From Bacteroides sp. (GTDB taxonomy: Bacteria > Bacteroidota > Bacteroidia > Bacteroidales > Muribaculaceae): DNA of 64,000 nt. Location: contig JAAVCK010000017.1 of NCBI GenBank assembly GCA_014802325.1, forward strand, positions 50,128-114,127. Reading direction: 5' to 3'. Positions 26,362 through 36,222 of this stretch are shown here, piece by piece (position 1 is the stretch's first letter; the number at the start of each line of letters is the position of its first letter). The position numbers were made by a program, and so were the translations under genes. The notes under the pieces are model-generated. The model was given only the letters and a program-made list of their open reading frames with translations, made no database searches and was not told the DNA's origin.

Positions 26362-26648
26362 AAAATAAATGGCCGCTGCATCGCGCAGAAGCCATCTGAG
26401 GAAATTATAATCATCAATTCTAATTATCGGTATTTTCATGTGTGTATGAAGCGGAGGGCAATATCTCCGCCGGTGGATTCTTACCGAAAATCACATGGTT
26501 TTTCGATTTGACGGGCCTTGGTAAAAGGGCAGGAGAGAGTATTCATGAGGAGAGATACTTTTTACCGCTCGATTATTGCAGCCCGTCAGGTACAGATTCA
26601 GCGGGTAAATGAATAAAGACTGGAATATATTAATGGATATTGTGAGTG

Positions 26649-26656
26649 CAAAGGTA
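26649..26656 (-). promoter_or_regulatory. Orphan leftward -7 box TACCTTTG
   Basis: CAAAGGTA on +, divergent from the GH13 promoter, with no convincing CDS downstream. Confidence 0.45.
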
Positions 26657-26783
26657 GGGGGTTGTGTAATAATAAACAAGTGATTATGTGACATTTAACC
26701 ATGTATAAACAGGTTTTAATAAATACTTGGTTAAAACTTTGAAAAAGTTGGTAAAATTAACATTGAGTTTCACATATTATTCT

Positions 26784-26791
26784 TACATTTG
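26784..26791 (+). promoter_or_regulatory. -7 box TACATTTG for GH13
   Basis: 28 bp upstream of ATG 26820. Confidence 0.65.
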
Positions 26792-26819
26792 CGGTATCTT
26801 ACTTACAATAACCATACCG

Positions 26820-28253
26820 ATGAAAAAGATTATTTTATGTGTTTTGGCCGTGGCAGCCTCATTGGCAGTCATGGTGTCATGCAAAGGAAAATCTGCCGCC
26901 GGCGCAGCCGAACAGAAAGATTCCACCTACACCACAGTGATTCATCCCGAATGGTCGCGCGACGCGGTGATCTATGAAGTCAATGTGCGTCAGTTTACCG
27001 ACTCGGGCACTATCACCGCATTTGACAAGGAGCTGCCCCGCTTGAAAGAGTTGGGTGTGGATATATTGTGGTTCATGCCCATATATCCCATCAGCGAGAA
27101 AAACCGCAAGGGTGAACTCGGCAGTTATTATGCCGTGAAGGATTACAAGGCTTTCAATCCCGAATTCGGCACTCTCGATCAGTTTAAGGCCACCGTGGCC
27201 AAGGCTCACGAGCTGGGCATGAAGGTGATACTTGACTGGGTACCCAACCACTCCGGCTGCGACAACGCATGGGTTGAGGAACACCCCGACTGGTATGCCA
27301 AGGACTCGCTCGGCAATATGTATGGTCCCTATGACTGGACCGACGTATATAAGTTTGATTACTCTAATCCGGAGATGCGCGCTGCTATGGTGGATGCCTT
27401 CAAGTTTTGGCTCACTGAAGTGGGTGTAGACGGTTTCCGCTGCGACGTGGCCATGGAAGTGCCCGTGGATTTCTGGGACGAGAGCCGTCCACAGCTTCAG
27501 GCCGTTAAGCCCGAACTGTTCATGCTCGCCGAAGCCAGTGTTCCCGCGCTTCAGAAAAACGGTTTCGACATGGGCTACAACTGGCCGATGAAAGACCTCT
27601 TCAGCGAGATCGCCGCTACTTCGGGTCAATATACTTTTAAAAATGAGAAAGGCGAGGTTCGCACATTCCCCGCACGCAGAGCCGCCGACATCGACTCTCT
27701 TCTCGCTCAGCAGGCCGCCGCTTATCCGCGCGACACTTATCTGATGAACATGATCACGAATCATGACCTCAACTCGTGGGAGGGTACGGAATTTGAGCGC
27801 CTCGGAAATCTTACCGACGCATTTGCAGTACTGTCATACACGCTGCCCGGCATGCCCCTCATCTACACCGGACAGGAGACCGGTATGAACCGAGCACTTG
27901 AATTTTTCGTGAAAGACAAAGCTCCCGAGTGGGAACCGCGCAACGAGTATTTTGAGTTTTACAAGAATCTCAATGCCCTCAAGCACACGCAGGAAGCCCT
28001 GCGTGCCGGCGAGCAGGGAGGCGAAATGGTGCGATATATCACTGAAAGTCCTGACGTATATGTGTTCTCGCGCTCGAAGAATGATTCTCACGTGACGGTA
28101 ATGGTAAATCTCGGAGCAGAAGAGCAGGCCGTGACATTCACAGATGCTACTCCAGCCGTGGATGAAACCGTGGTAGACTACTTCACCGGCGAAACCGCCA
28201 CTATCCCCGCGTCGCTCAAACCCGGCGAATACCGAGTATTTGTAAAGAAATAA
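26820..28253 (+). CDS. GH13 alpha-amylase family lipoprotein
   Basis: Lipoprotein signal MKKIILCVLAVAASLAVMVSC; DWVPNH, GFRCDVA (nucleophile), MLAEA (acid/base), ITNHD, GMPLIYTGQE. Confidence 0.93.
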   Translation: MKKIILCVLAVAASLAVMVSCKGKSAAGAAEQKDSTYTTVIHPEWSRDAVIYEVNVRQFTDSGTITAFDKELPRLKELGVDILWFMPIYPISEKNRKGELGSYYAVKDYKAFNPEFGTLDQFKATVAKAHELGMKVILDWVPNHSGCDNAWVEEHPDWYAKDSLGNMYGPYDWTDVYKFDYSNPEMRAAMVDAFKFWLTEVGVDGFRCDVAMEVPVDFWDESRPQLQAVKPELFMLAEASVPALQKNGFDMGYNWPMKDLFSEIAATSGQYTFKNEKGEVRTFPARRAADIDSLLAQQAAAYPRDTYLMNMITNHDLNSWEGTEFERLGNLTDAFAVLSYTLPGMPLIYTGQETGMNRALEFFVKDKAPEWEPRNEYFEFYKNLNALKHTQEALRAGEQGGEMVRYITESPDVYVFSRSKNDSHVTVMVNLGAEEQAVTFTDATPAVDETVVDYFTGETATIPASLKPGEYRVFVKK

Positions 28254-28273
28254 GACATTTCCCATTAATAAAA

Positions 28274-28315
28274 TCACCCCTGCGAAGTAGTCAGCGAGCG
28301 ACTTCGCAGGGGTGA
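28274..28315. terminator. Bidirectional terminator between GH13 and fbp
   Basis: TCACCCCTGCGAAGT / ACTTCGCAGGGGTGA 15-bp perfect stem between convergent genes. Confidence 0.85.
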
Positions 28316-28346
28316 ATTATTTATCGATATTTCTCGTTAGGATTTC

Positions 28347-30341
28347 TCAGCGCTCGGGAATGAGACCGCTGCGATAGGCGTAGAGGAGTTCCATAAGCTC
28401 GTCGATCTGACTCTGGATTTCGCGGCCTTTGTCGGTATCGCGCACACGCATTCGGGCTGAACTCATCTCAACGATCTGATTGGTCGATACAATATCCGTG
28501 CCATATTGGATTGCATTCTCAGCCGAAGTGAAAGGTTCGTGCTGCACAAGTTCAAATCCACGCGAGTGAAACACAAGTGTGTAGCCGGCTATTCCGGTCT
28601 TATCGTGATAGGCTTTTGCAAAACCGCCGTCGATCATCATAAGTTTGCCGTCGGCCTTGATGGGATTTTCGCCATTGGAAGCCCTGACGGGGACGTGACC
28701 GTTGATGATATGCCGGTGGTGGCCGCTTACTTTGAATTCGTCAAGAATAAAATCACACACTTCGGGATTTTCACGCAGCGTGAAGTATAGTCCTTTTTCT
28801 TCCTTATGGGTCTCGGGATCATCAATGAAATATCGCTCGAAGGTAGCCATCTTTGACTTGTCGAAGAGCGGTGAATCGGGCCCGCACCACAGATACCAGA
28901 AGTAATCGGTCCCAAACTCCGACTCCTCGTGAGAGGAATTATCAATATTGAATGCCGATCTCACCACTCTGCCTATACGGTCAAACAATGCCGGGCCTGA
29001 AACCACCTCTCCACCCACGTCGATCTTGCGGAACGAGCGCGGACCGTCCATAGGCACGGAAGCGTGGAAAAGCAGATTGCCATTGTATACGCCGTACATC
29101 GCGCCGTGCGACAGCAATGCCTGAATGTGCTGAGACAGCTTATAGCTGACCATAAACGAGTGGCGGAGTTTTTCGATGAGCTCCCGTTCTTCGGCGGTCA
29201 ACCGGTAAGGATCAGCGGGGTCAATCGTAGGGAAATAAGTGTCGTTGAGCTGATAGGTCTTTCCGTCAATTACAATCGTTCCCGACTTGTAGTCGATAGC
29301 ATTGAGAAGTTTGCGGTCGGCCATTCCCCATTCGGGATACTTGTCAATCAGAGAGCCTTCAAGCTTGAACTGAATCACCGATATAGCCTTGTGCATCAGA
29401 GCCAGCCGGTGAAGGTCTTTCTCGTTGAAGGGGTCATCCTCCGGACTTATCTTGACTTTGAACCGTGTGCACGGATCGTCGGCATAGGTCTCCATGGCAA
29501 ATGTCACGAGAGGGACGAGATTGATACCGTAGCCTTCTTCGAGGGTGGTCATGTTGCCATAGCGGAGCGACAGGCGGAGTACGTTGGCGATACAAGCCTC
29601 ATTGCCGGCAGCTGCACCCATCCACAGTATATCGTGATTTCCCCACTGAAAATCATAATTGGGAAACTCTTTCAGAAGATCCATGATGAGGTGTGCGCCG
29701 GGGCCGCGGTCAAATATGTCGCCGAGTATGTGCAGCTGATCTATCGAAAGGCGTTGGATCACGTTTGCGATTGCTTCGATAAAGTCATCGGCCTGACCGG
29801 TAAGGATGATTGTCTCGATAATGCGGTTGAAGTAAGCCTGCTTCTTTACATCGTCGGGCGTCTCGTGGAGCAGTTCCTCTATTATATAGGCAAAGCTTTT
29901 CGGAAGTGCTTTTCTGACTTTTGAGCGGGTGTATTTGGCTGATACCGACCGTAATACCTTCACCAGATTGTTGAGCGATATTTTATAGAAATCATCGAGG
30001 TCGGATTCCTGTTCCTTGATTATCTCCAGCTTGGGTTTCGGGTAATATATCAGCGCACACAAATCCTTGATTTCCGACTCGCGCATTGTAGAGCCGAATA
30101 TCTCCGTGACCTTTCGCTTGATATTTCCCGAAGCATTCCTTAATATGTGCCTGAACGCCTCGTGCTCGCCGTGAATGTCAGCGACAAAATGTTCGGTACC
30201 TTTTGGCAAGTTCAGAATAGCTTCAAGATTGATGATCTCGGTGGAAGCTGCTCCGATGTTGGGAAAATTCTGTGAAAGTAGCTCAAGAATCCTGCGGTCT
30301 TTTTCAATCGTCAGGCTTTTATATTTTTTCAACTTGCTCAT
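28347..30341 (-). CDS. fbp: Fructose-1,6-bisphosphatase class III
   Basis: EIINLEAILNLPKGTEHF.ADIHGE, GDIFDRGP, QWGNHD, LWCGPDSPLF, INGHVPV, IDGGFAKAY. Confidence 0.95.
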   Translation of the reverse strand: MSKLKKYKSLTIEKDRRILELLSQNFPNIGAASTEIINLEAILNLPKGTEHFVADIHGEHEAFRHILRNASGNIKRKVTEIFGSTMRESEIKDLCALIYYPKPKLEIIKEQESDLDDFYKISLNNLVKVLRSVSAKYTRSKVRKALPKSFAYIIEELLHETPDDVKKQAYFNRIIETIILTGQADDFIEAIANVIQRLSIDQLHILGDIFDRGPGAHLIMDLLKEFPNYDFQWGNHDILWMGAAAGNEACIANVLRLSLRYGNMTTLEEGYGINLVPLVTFAMETYADDPCTRFKVKISPEDDPFNEKDLHRLALMHKAISVIQFKLEGSLIDKYPEWGMADRKLLNAIDYKSGTIVIDGKTYQLNDTYFPTIDPADPYRLTAEERELIEKLRHSFMVSYKLSQHIQALLSHGAMYGVYNGNLLFHASVPMDGPRSFRKIDVGGEVVSGPALFDRIGRVVRSAFNIDNSSHEESEFGTDYFWYLWCGPDSPLFDKSKMATFERYFIDDPETHKEEKGLYFTLRENPEVCDFILDEFKVSGHHRHIINGHVPVRASNGENPIKADGKLMMIDGGFAKAYHDKTGIAGYTLVFHSRGFELVQHEPFTSAENAIQYGTDIVSTNQIVEMSSARMRVRDTDKGREIQSQIDELMELLYAYRSGLIPER

Positions 30342-30412
30342 AATTACGGCAATATCAACCTTCTACTTGTTTGTAAGTTACAAATGATCCGTCAGGATTG
30401 TTTTAGGTGATA

Positions 30413-30420
30413 CAAAGATA
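30413..30420 (-). promoter_or_regulatory. -7 box TATCTTTG for fbp
   Basis: CAAAGATA on +. Confidence 0.6.
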
Positions 30421-30558
30421 ACAAATAATTGCAAATTTTCCAATAGAAATTTTCGACGACCGCATAATCGTAAGCCGGATCGAAAGCGAGATTTGACGTG
30501 GAGACTGAAGGTAAGATAGCACAGTGAAATAATATTTGTGTTTGCGATAAAAATTTGC

Positions 30559-30566
30559 TAAATTTG
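30559..30566 (+). promoter_or_regulatory. -7 box TAAATTTG for the ileS operon
   Basis: 34 bp upstream of ATG 30601, with TTTG further upstream at 30541-30544. Confidence 0.6.
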
Positions 30567-30600
30567 CGGAGTATTTAAGAAAATTATCAAGCCACTATAT

Positions 30601-33600
30601 ATGAGCACTCGTTTTCCCGAATATTCAGGCCTTAATCTGGCCGAAGTGAATCGTGATATTTTAGCGCAGTGGGCGCAACGAAGCGTGTTTGACTCTACGA
30701 TCACGGAGCGCAAGGGCGCGCCGTCGTTTGTATTTTTTGAAGGTCCCCCTTCGGCCAACGGTCGTCCGGGTATCCACCACGTGCTTGCGCGCACTATCAA
30801 GGATATATTCTGCCGTTACAAGACTATGCAGGGCTTTCAGGTGAAGCGCAAAGCCGGATGGGATACCCACGGTCTTCCCGTAGAGCTCGGCGTAGAAAAA
30901 AATCTCGGAATCACCAAAGAGGATATCGGCAAGAAGATTTCGGTAGACGAATATAATGCCGCATGTCGCGCCGAGGTGATGAAGTATACCCGCGAGTGGG
31001 AAGATCTGACCTCGAAGATGGGATATTGGGTGGATATGACCGATCCCTATATCACTTACGACAACCGCTATATCGAATCGGTGTGGTGGCTCCTGGGTCA
31101 GCTGCACACTAAGGGATTCCTCTACAAAGGCTATACCATTCAGCCCTATTCGCCGGCAGCCGGTACAGGTCTGAGTTCTCACGAGCTCAACCAGCCCGGA
31201 TGTTACCGCGACGTGAAGGATACCACTTGCGTGGCTCAGTTTAAGGTAGATACCGCTGACTTCTCGCAGGAAAACGAGATACTCGATATTTTCCGCTCGC
31301 TTGAAGCCTCGTGGGGTACTCCCTATTTCCTGGCATGGACCACTACTCCCTGGACTCTGCCCTCCAACACCGCTCTTGCCGTAGGCCCGTCGATCAAATA
31401 CAATATCGTGCGTACCTACAACCCATACAGCGGTAAGCCTATCGCTGTGGTGGTGGCCGACGCTCTGATGAGCTCGCTCTTCAATCCCAAAGCTAAAGAC
31501 CTCGCTCTTACCGACTACAAGAAGGGCGATAAACTCATACCCTACGAAGTGGTGGCTACCCGCGAGGGGCGTGACTTTGTAGGTATACACTATCACCAGC
31601 TCCTGCCCTGGGTTAATCCCGGCGAAGGTGCGTTCCGTGTCATCCCCGGTGACTACGTGACCACCGAAGACGGTACGGGTATAGTACATATAGCCGGTAC
31701 GTTCGGTGCTGACGACCAGCGAGTGTCGCGTCAGAACAATATACCGCCGCTCCACCTCATAGACCGCGACGGCAACATCCGCCCGATGGTTGACCTTCAG
31801 GGTAAATTCTATAAGCTCGACGAGCTTGATCCGAAATTCGTGGAGGAGATGGTCGACGTGGAGGCTTACAAACCTTGGGAAGGCGCCTATGTCAAGAACG
31901 CCTACGATCCCGATGCCACCGACGAAACGGAGACTCTCGACGTGAAGATTTGCATGGAGCTCAAGGCTACCGACAAGGTATTCAAGATCGAGAAGCATGT
32001 GCATAATTATCCCCACTGCTGGCGTACAGACAAGCCGGTGCTTTACTATCCGCTCGACAGCTGGTTTATCCGTACCACCGCCGTGCGCGAGCGTCTGATG
32101 GAACTCAACGATACCATCAAGTGGAAGCCCGCTGCCACCGGTACAGGACGCTTCGGCAAGTGGCTGGAAAATCTTCAGGACTGGAATCTCTCGCGCAGTC
32201 GCTACTGGGGTACACCGCTACCTATATGGCGCACTGACGACGGTAGCGAAGAAATCTGTATCACTTCGGTAGAGCAGCTCTACAATGAGATGGACCGCGC
32301 CGTTGAGGCCGGCTTTATGGCTGAGAATCCCTATCGCAAGGCAGGTTTCGTGCCCGGCGATTACTCTAAGGAAAATTACGAGAAGATCGACCTCCACCGT
32401 CCGTATGTCGACGATATTTTTCTTGTGTCGCCCTCGGGCAAGAAGATGACACGCGAAAAAGACCTTATCGACGTGTGGTTTGACAGCGGCTCTATGCCTT
32501 ACGCTCAGATCCACTATCCGTTTGAAAACAAAGAGGCATTCGAGAATCGCGAGGTATATCCCGCCGACTTCATAGCCGAAGGCGTGGATCAGACGCGCGG
32601 ATGGTTCTTCACCCTCCATGCCATTGCCGGTATGGTGTTCGATACCAATTCTTACAAAGCCGTGGTGTCAAACGGCCTCGTGCTCGACAAGCATGGCAAC
32701 AAGATGTCGAAGCGTCTTGGCAACGCCGTGGATCCATTCGGACAGATTGAGACCTATGGCGCCGATCCCGTGCGCTGGTACATGATCTCCAACTCGTCGC
32801 CCTGGGATAACCTTAAATATGACGAGAAAGGCGTGCAGGATACCGCCCGCAAGCTCTTCTCGACGCTCTATAACACCTACTCGTTCTTCGCACTGTATGC
32901 CAACGTAGACGGGTTTGACCCCGCTGCACCTCAGGTGCCTGTGGAGAAGCGTCCCGAAATCGACCGCTGGATACTCTCGCTCCTCAACACTCTGGTCAAG
33001 AATGTGACCAACGACCTTGAGGACTATGAGCCTACCCGCGCTGCCCGTGCGATAGGCGACTTCGTAGGCGATAATCTCTCCAACTGGTATGTGCGACTCA
33101 ACCGCAAGCGCTTCTGGGGCGGCGAGATGAACGACGACAAGCTTGCCGCTTATCAGACACTCTATACATGTCTGCGCACCGTGGCCGTGCTTATGGCACC
33201 GTTCGCACCCTTCTTCGCTGACCGTCTCTATCTTGACCTTACAGGCGCTGAAGGCGGCGACTCAGTGCACCTCGCAGCCTATCCCAAGCCCGATGAAAGC
33301 CTGATAGATCCGGCACTCGAAAGCCGCATGAAACTCGCTCAGGACATCACCTCGATGGTGCTCGCTCTGCGTCGAAAAGTCAATATCAAGGTACGTCAGC
33401 CGCTTACGGCCATCATGGTACCGGTGACCGACGAGTCGCAGCGCGCGGCGCTCGCGGCAATCGACGAACTGGTTAAGAATGAGACGAATGTCAAGGAAAT
33501 CAAGATAGTAGGCAATGAAGACGGTATACTTGTCAAGACCGTGAAGCCCGACTTCAAGAAGCTCGGTCCGAAGCACGGTAAGAATATGAAAGCTGTGGCC

Positions 33601-34068
33601 GAGGCTATCAAGAATCTTGATTCGCATGCCATTGCCGCCTTCGAGCGCGACGGACAGATCACGATAGATGTCAACGGCACTTCCGCCACCGTGGATTTGG
33701 CCGACGTGGAGATCATCTCCGAGGATATTCCCGGATGGCTCGTTGCCAACGAAGGCGCTCTCACCGTGGCTCTTGACATCACCGTAACTCCCGAGCTCCG
33801 CAACGAGGGTATCGCCCGTGAGATCGTCAACCGTATCCAGAACATCCGTAAGAGCCGTGACTATAACATCACTGACCGCGTGACGCTCGTATTCGCTCCC
33901 CACGAAGCTACCGATGGCGCTATACGCGAGTTTGGCGACTATATATCGCGTCAGGTTCTCGCCCGCGACATCCGCATAGAGCCTGTGGCTGCTGATGCTC
34001 CCGGTGTGGAGACGCTGAATATCGACGACATTGATCTGACAGTGACCGTCAACAAGGCCGACAAGTAA
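30601..34068 (+). CDS. ileS: Isoleucine-tRNA ligase, type 2 (long form)
   Basis: FFEGPPSANGRPGIHH, GWDTHGLPVE, WTTTPWTLPSN, DWNLSRSRYWGTP, EGVDQTRGWF, KMSKRLGN. Confidence 0.98.
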   Translation: MSTRFPEYSGLNLAEVNRDILAQWAQRSVFDSTITERKGAPSFVFFEGPPSANGRPGIHHVLARTIKDIFCRYKTMQGFQVKRKAGWDTHGLPVELGVEKNLGITKEDIGKKISVDEYNAACRAEVMKYTREWEDLTSKMGYWVDMTDPYITYDNRYIESVWWLLGQLHTKGFLYKGYTIQPYSPAAGTGLSSHELNQPGCYRDVKDTTCVAQFKVDTADFSQENEILDIFRSLEASWGTPYFLAWTTTPWTLPSNTALAVGPSIKYNIVRTYNPYSGKPIAVVVADALMSSLFNPKAKDLALTDYKKGDKLIPYEVVATREGRDFVGIHYHQLLPWVNPGEGAFRVIPGDYVTTEDGTGIVHIAGTFGADDQRVSRQNNIPPLHLIDRDGNIRPMVDLQGKFYKLDELDPKFVEEMVDVEAYKPWEGAYVKNAYDPDATDETETLDVKICMELKATDKVFKIEKHVHNYPHCWRTDKPVLYYPLDSWFIRTTAVRERLMELNDTIKWKPAATGTGRFGKWLENLQDWNLSRSRYWGTPLPIWRTDDGSEEICITSVEQLYNEMDRAVEAGFMAENPYRKAGFVPGDYSKENYEKIDLHRPYVDDIFLVSPSGKKMTREKDLIDVWFDSGSMPYAQIHYPFENKEAFENREVYPADFIAEGVDQTRGWFFTLHAIAGMVFDTNSYKAVVSNGLVLDKHGNKMSKRLGNAVDPFGQIETYGADPVRWYMISNSSPWDNLKYDEKGVQDTARKLFSTLYNTYSFFALYANVDGFDPAAPQVPVEKRPEIDRWILSLLNTLVKNVTNDLEDYEPTRAARAIGDFVGDNLSNWYVRLNRKRFWGGEMNDDKLAAYQTLYTCLRTVAVLMAPFAPFFADRLYLDLTGAEGGDSVHLAAYPKPDESLIDPALESRMKLAQDITSMVLALRRKVNIKVRQPLTAIMVPVTDESQRAALAAIDELVKNETNVKEIKIVGNEDGILVKTVKPDFKKLGPKHGKNMKAVAEAIKNLDSHAIAAFERDGQITIDVNGTSATVDLADVEIISEDIPGWLVANEGALTVALDITVTPELRNEGIAREIVNRIQNIRKSRDYNITDRVTLVFAPHEATDGAIREFGDYISRQVLARDIRIEPVAADAPGVETLNIDDIDLTVTVNKADK

Positions 34069-34113
34069 CCCCCAAATTCTTACTCAATTCATACTCTCTA
34101 ATCACAAACCGAC

Positions 34114-34497
34114 ATGAGCGAAAAGACCCGCTATTCCGACGAAGAACTCCAGGAGTTCAAGGAACTAATTCTTGATAAACTTGCCGTGGCTCAGAAGGAA
34201 TATGATCTTCTGCGTGGTACCGTCAATAATACCGACGGTAACGACATAGCCGATACATCGCCTACATTCAAGGTGCTTCAGGAGGGAGCCAACACTCTCT
34301 CCAAGGAGGAGGCAGGGCAGCTCGCGCAGCGGCAGATGAAATTCATACAGCATCTGCAGAATGCACTGATCCGCATCGAGAACAAGACCTATGGTATCTG
34401 CTGCGAGACAGGCGAATTGATTCCGAAGGAGCGCCTGCGCGCTGTGCCTCATGCCACCCGCAGCGTGGAAGGTAAAAACCAGCAGAAAAAGAGATGA
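34114..34497 (+). CDS. TraR/DksA family protein
   Basis: Coiled coil then ALIRIENKTYGIC.ETGELIPKERLRAVPHAT. Confidence 0.88.
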   Translation: MSEKTRYSDEELQEFKELILDKLAVAQKEYDLLRGTVNNTDGNDIADTSPTFKVLQEGANTLSKEEAGQLAQRQMKFIQHLQNALIRIENKTYGICCETGELIPKERLRAVPHATRSVEGKNQQKKR

Positions 34498-35144
34498 AGT
34501 TTTCACGAGCAAAACTTGCCATAATCATCTTCACGGCCATCGTCGTAATCGACCAGGTCGTGAAGATTTGGGTTAAGACCCACTTTTATCTCGGCGAGGA
34601 TGTGAGAATCCTCCCATGGTTTCACCTGCTCTTTATCGAGAACAACGGTATGGCGTTCGGCATGGAGCTGGGAAGCAAGCTGTTTCTCACCCTGTTCAGA
34701 ATCGTGCTTGTGGCATGGCTGATATGGTATGTGGTGAAAATCAGTGATATCCGTCGCATTGCTACGGGATATTTCGTGAGTCTTGCACTTATAATAGCCG
34801 GTGCGGCCGGCAATATTTTCGACTGCCTTTTCTATGGATTGATATTTAATAATCCTTATCCTCCCGAGGTGGCCGTGATGTTTCCTGCCGGCGGTGGTTA
34901 TGCCCCGATGTTTTTCGGGCGTGTAGTCGACATGCTCTATTTTCCGCTCTTCACCTTCACGTGGCCCTCATGGTTGCCTGTGGTGGGTGGCAGGGAATTT
35001 CTGTTTTTTCAGCCTGTATTCAATATAGCCGACTCGGCTATATGTATAGGCGTAGGGCTGCTCATATTGTTTTATTCAAAGTATATCCTTACGCCCTCCG
35101 CTCTGCGTAGGCGTGCTGCGGGATTGGATAATTCGGCTGAATAA
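34494..35144 (+). CDS. lspA: Lipoprotein signal peptidase II
   Basis: DQVVKIWV, ENNGMAFG, AGAAGNIFD, GRVVDM, VFNIADSAI. Confidence 0.94.
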   Translation: MKFSRAKLAIIIFTAIVVIDQVVKIWVKTHFYLGEDVRILPWFHLLFIENNGMAFGMELGSKLFLTLFRIVLVAWLIWYVVKISDIRRIATGYFVSLALIIAGAAGNIFDCLFYGLIFNNPYPPEVAVMFPAGGGYAPMFFGRVVDMLYFPLFTFTWPSWLPVVGGREFLFFQPVFNIADSAICIGVGLLILFYSKYILTPSALRRRAAGLDNSAE

Positions 35145-35935
35145 TGAGAAAAATGCCGGTGTATATGGCTATCTTGGCGGCTGCTTTTCTGGCGGCCTGC
35201 AGCAAGACGCCTTCATATGTGATAGCACCCGACGAGATGGCTCTGCTGATGGCCGATATTCATACAGGTGAGGCAGTGGCCGACAACTCAGGGTCTTTTC
35301 GGTCAGATTCGCTCCGCCAGATGCTGAAGCAATCTATTCTCGCCCGTCACGGAGTGTCGAGCGAGACTTTCGATACTTTGCTTTACTGGTACGGACGCCA
35401 TGTGGACGTCTATATGGAAGTCAATGAGAAGACCATCGATATATTGCAGAACCGACTCACCGAAGCCGAAAAAATAGGAGCTACGGAGGCCAACGTGCGC
35501 CTCATATATACGGATTCCGACTCGGCGGTAGTGTGGAGTTCGCCTTCGATGATCCGATTCAGCGCCAGGTCGCCTATGTACACATCCACGTTCAATCTGC
35601 GCAGCGATCGCGGATGGGAGCGAGGCGACGCTTATACTCTGTCGCTTCGCCCGGTCAAGCCTGTCGCTCCGATAAGTGCGGTAGTGGCGGTGAGCTACGA
35701 TGACGGATCGGTGGAATATGTAGATACCACTTTCCCTTCAGATGCCGAAGGATTGCAGCAACTCACTCTGTATCTCGACTCCACCCGTGTAGCCCGTCAG
35801 ATCTATGGAGCACTTACGGTGCCTCGCCTCGAAAGCGGCGCCATGTATGTCGACTCGATATCACTGCTGCGTACCCGCACTCGCTCACGTGCGCTCTACA
35901 ATGGAGCTTCGCAGCATAGAGTGTCGCTAAGGTGA
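35144..35935 (+). CDS. DUF4296-like lipoprotein
   Basis: Lipobox LAAC; KTPSYVI.PDEM..LMADIH.GEA...ILARHGVS.ETFDT.LYWY pattern. Confidence 0.78.
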   Translation: MRKMPVYMAILAAAFLAACSKTPSYVIAPDEMALLMADIHTGEAVADNSGSFRSDSLRQMLKQSILARHGVSSETFDTLLYWYGRHVDVYMEVNEKTIDILQNRLTEAEKIGATEANVRLIYTDSDSAVVWSSPSMIRFSARSPMYTSTFNLRSDRGWERGDAYTLSLRPVKPVAPISAVVAVSYDDGSVEYVDTTFPSDAEGLQQLTLYLDSTRVARQIYGALTVPRLESGAMYVDSISLLRTRTRSRALYNGASQHRVSLR

Positions 35936-36222
35936 TGGCAGGGAATATCCGCAATATATTGTGCCGAGCATTTGTGGCCCCGGGGTCTGTGACAGTCAAC
36001 GCACTTGTCACTTACCGCGAAGACACGATGGAACTCATGTGCGCGCAACCTTTTGAGTATGAAACAGCATCGACAAGCCATTTTGACGGAATCGTCATAA
36101 ATGGCCTGCCGATGGAAAATGCAGAGTTGAAAATTTCAGTAAGCGATTTCAGAGCACGGCTGGCAGAAATAGCCGGATCGATAAGCGAGAGCAGGAGTAT
36201 TATTCTTGTGCCTCTTTGCTGA
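35932..36222 (+). CDS. Small hypothetical protein
   Basis: 96-aa ORF with 4-bp translational-coupling overlap to the upstream gene; fills the gap to phoH; no motif recognised. Confidence 0.5.
   Translation: MMAGNIRNILCRAFVAPGSVTVNALVTYREDTMELMCAQPFEYETASTSHFDGIVINGLPMENAELKISVSDFRARLAEIAGSISESRSIILVPLC

Noticed and set aside
26062-26439. 125-aa minus-strand ORF downstream of the orphan promoter
   Set aside because: Mostly antisense to the aspT 3' end, no motif, and it starts beyond the putative terminator hairpin.
26491-26694. 67-aa minus-strand ORF in the spacer
   Set aside because: Starts upstream of the only promoter box on that strand and has low-complexity AT-rich composition.
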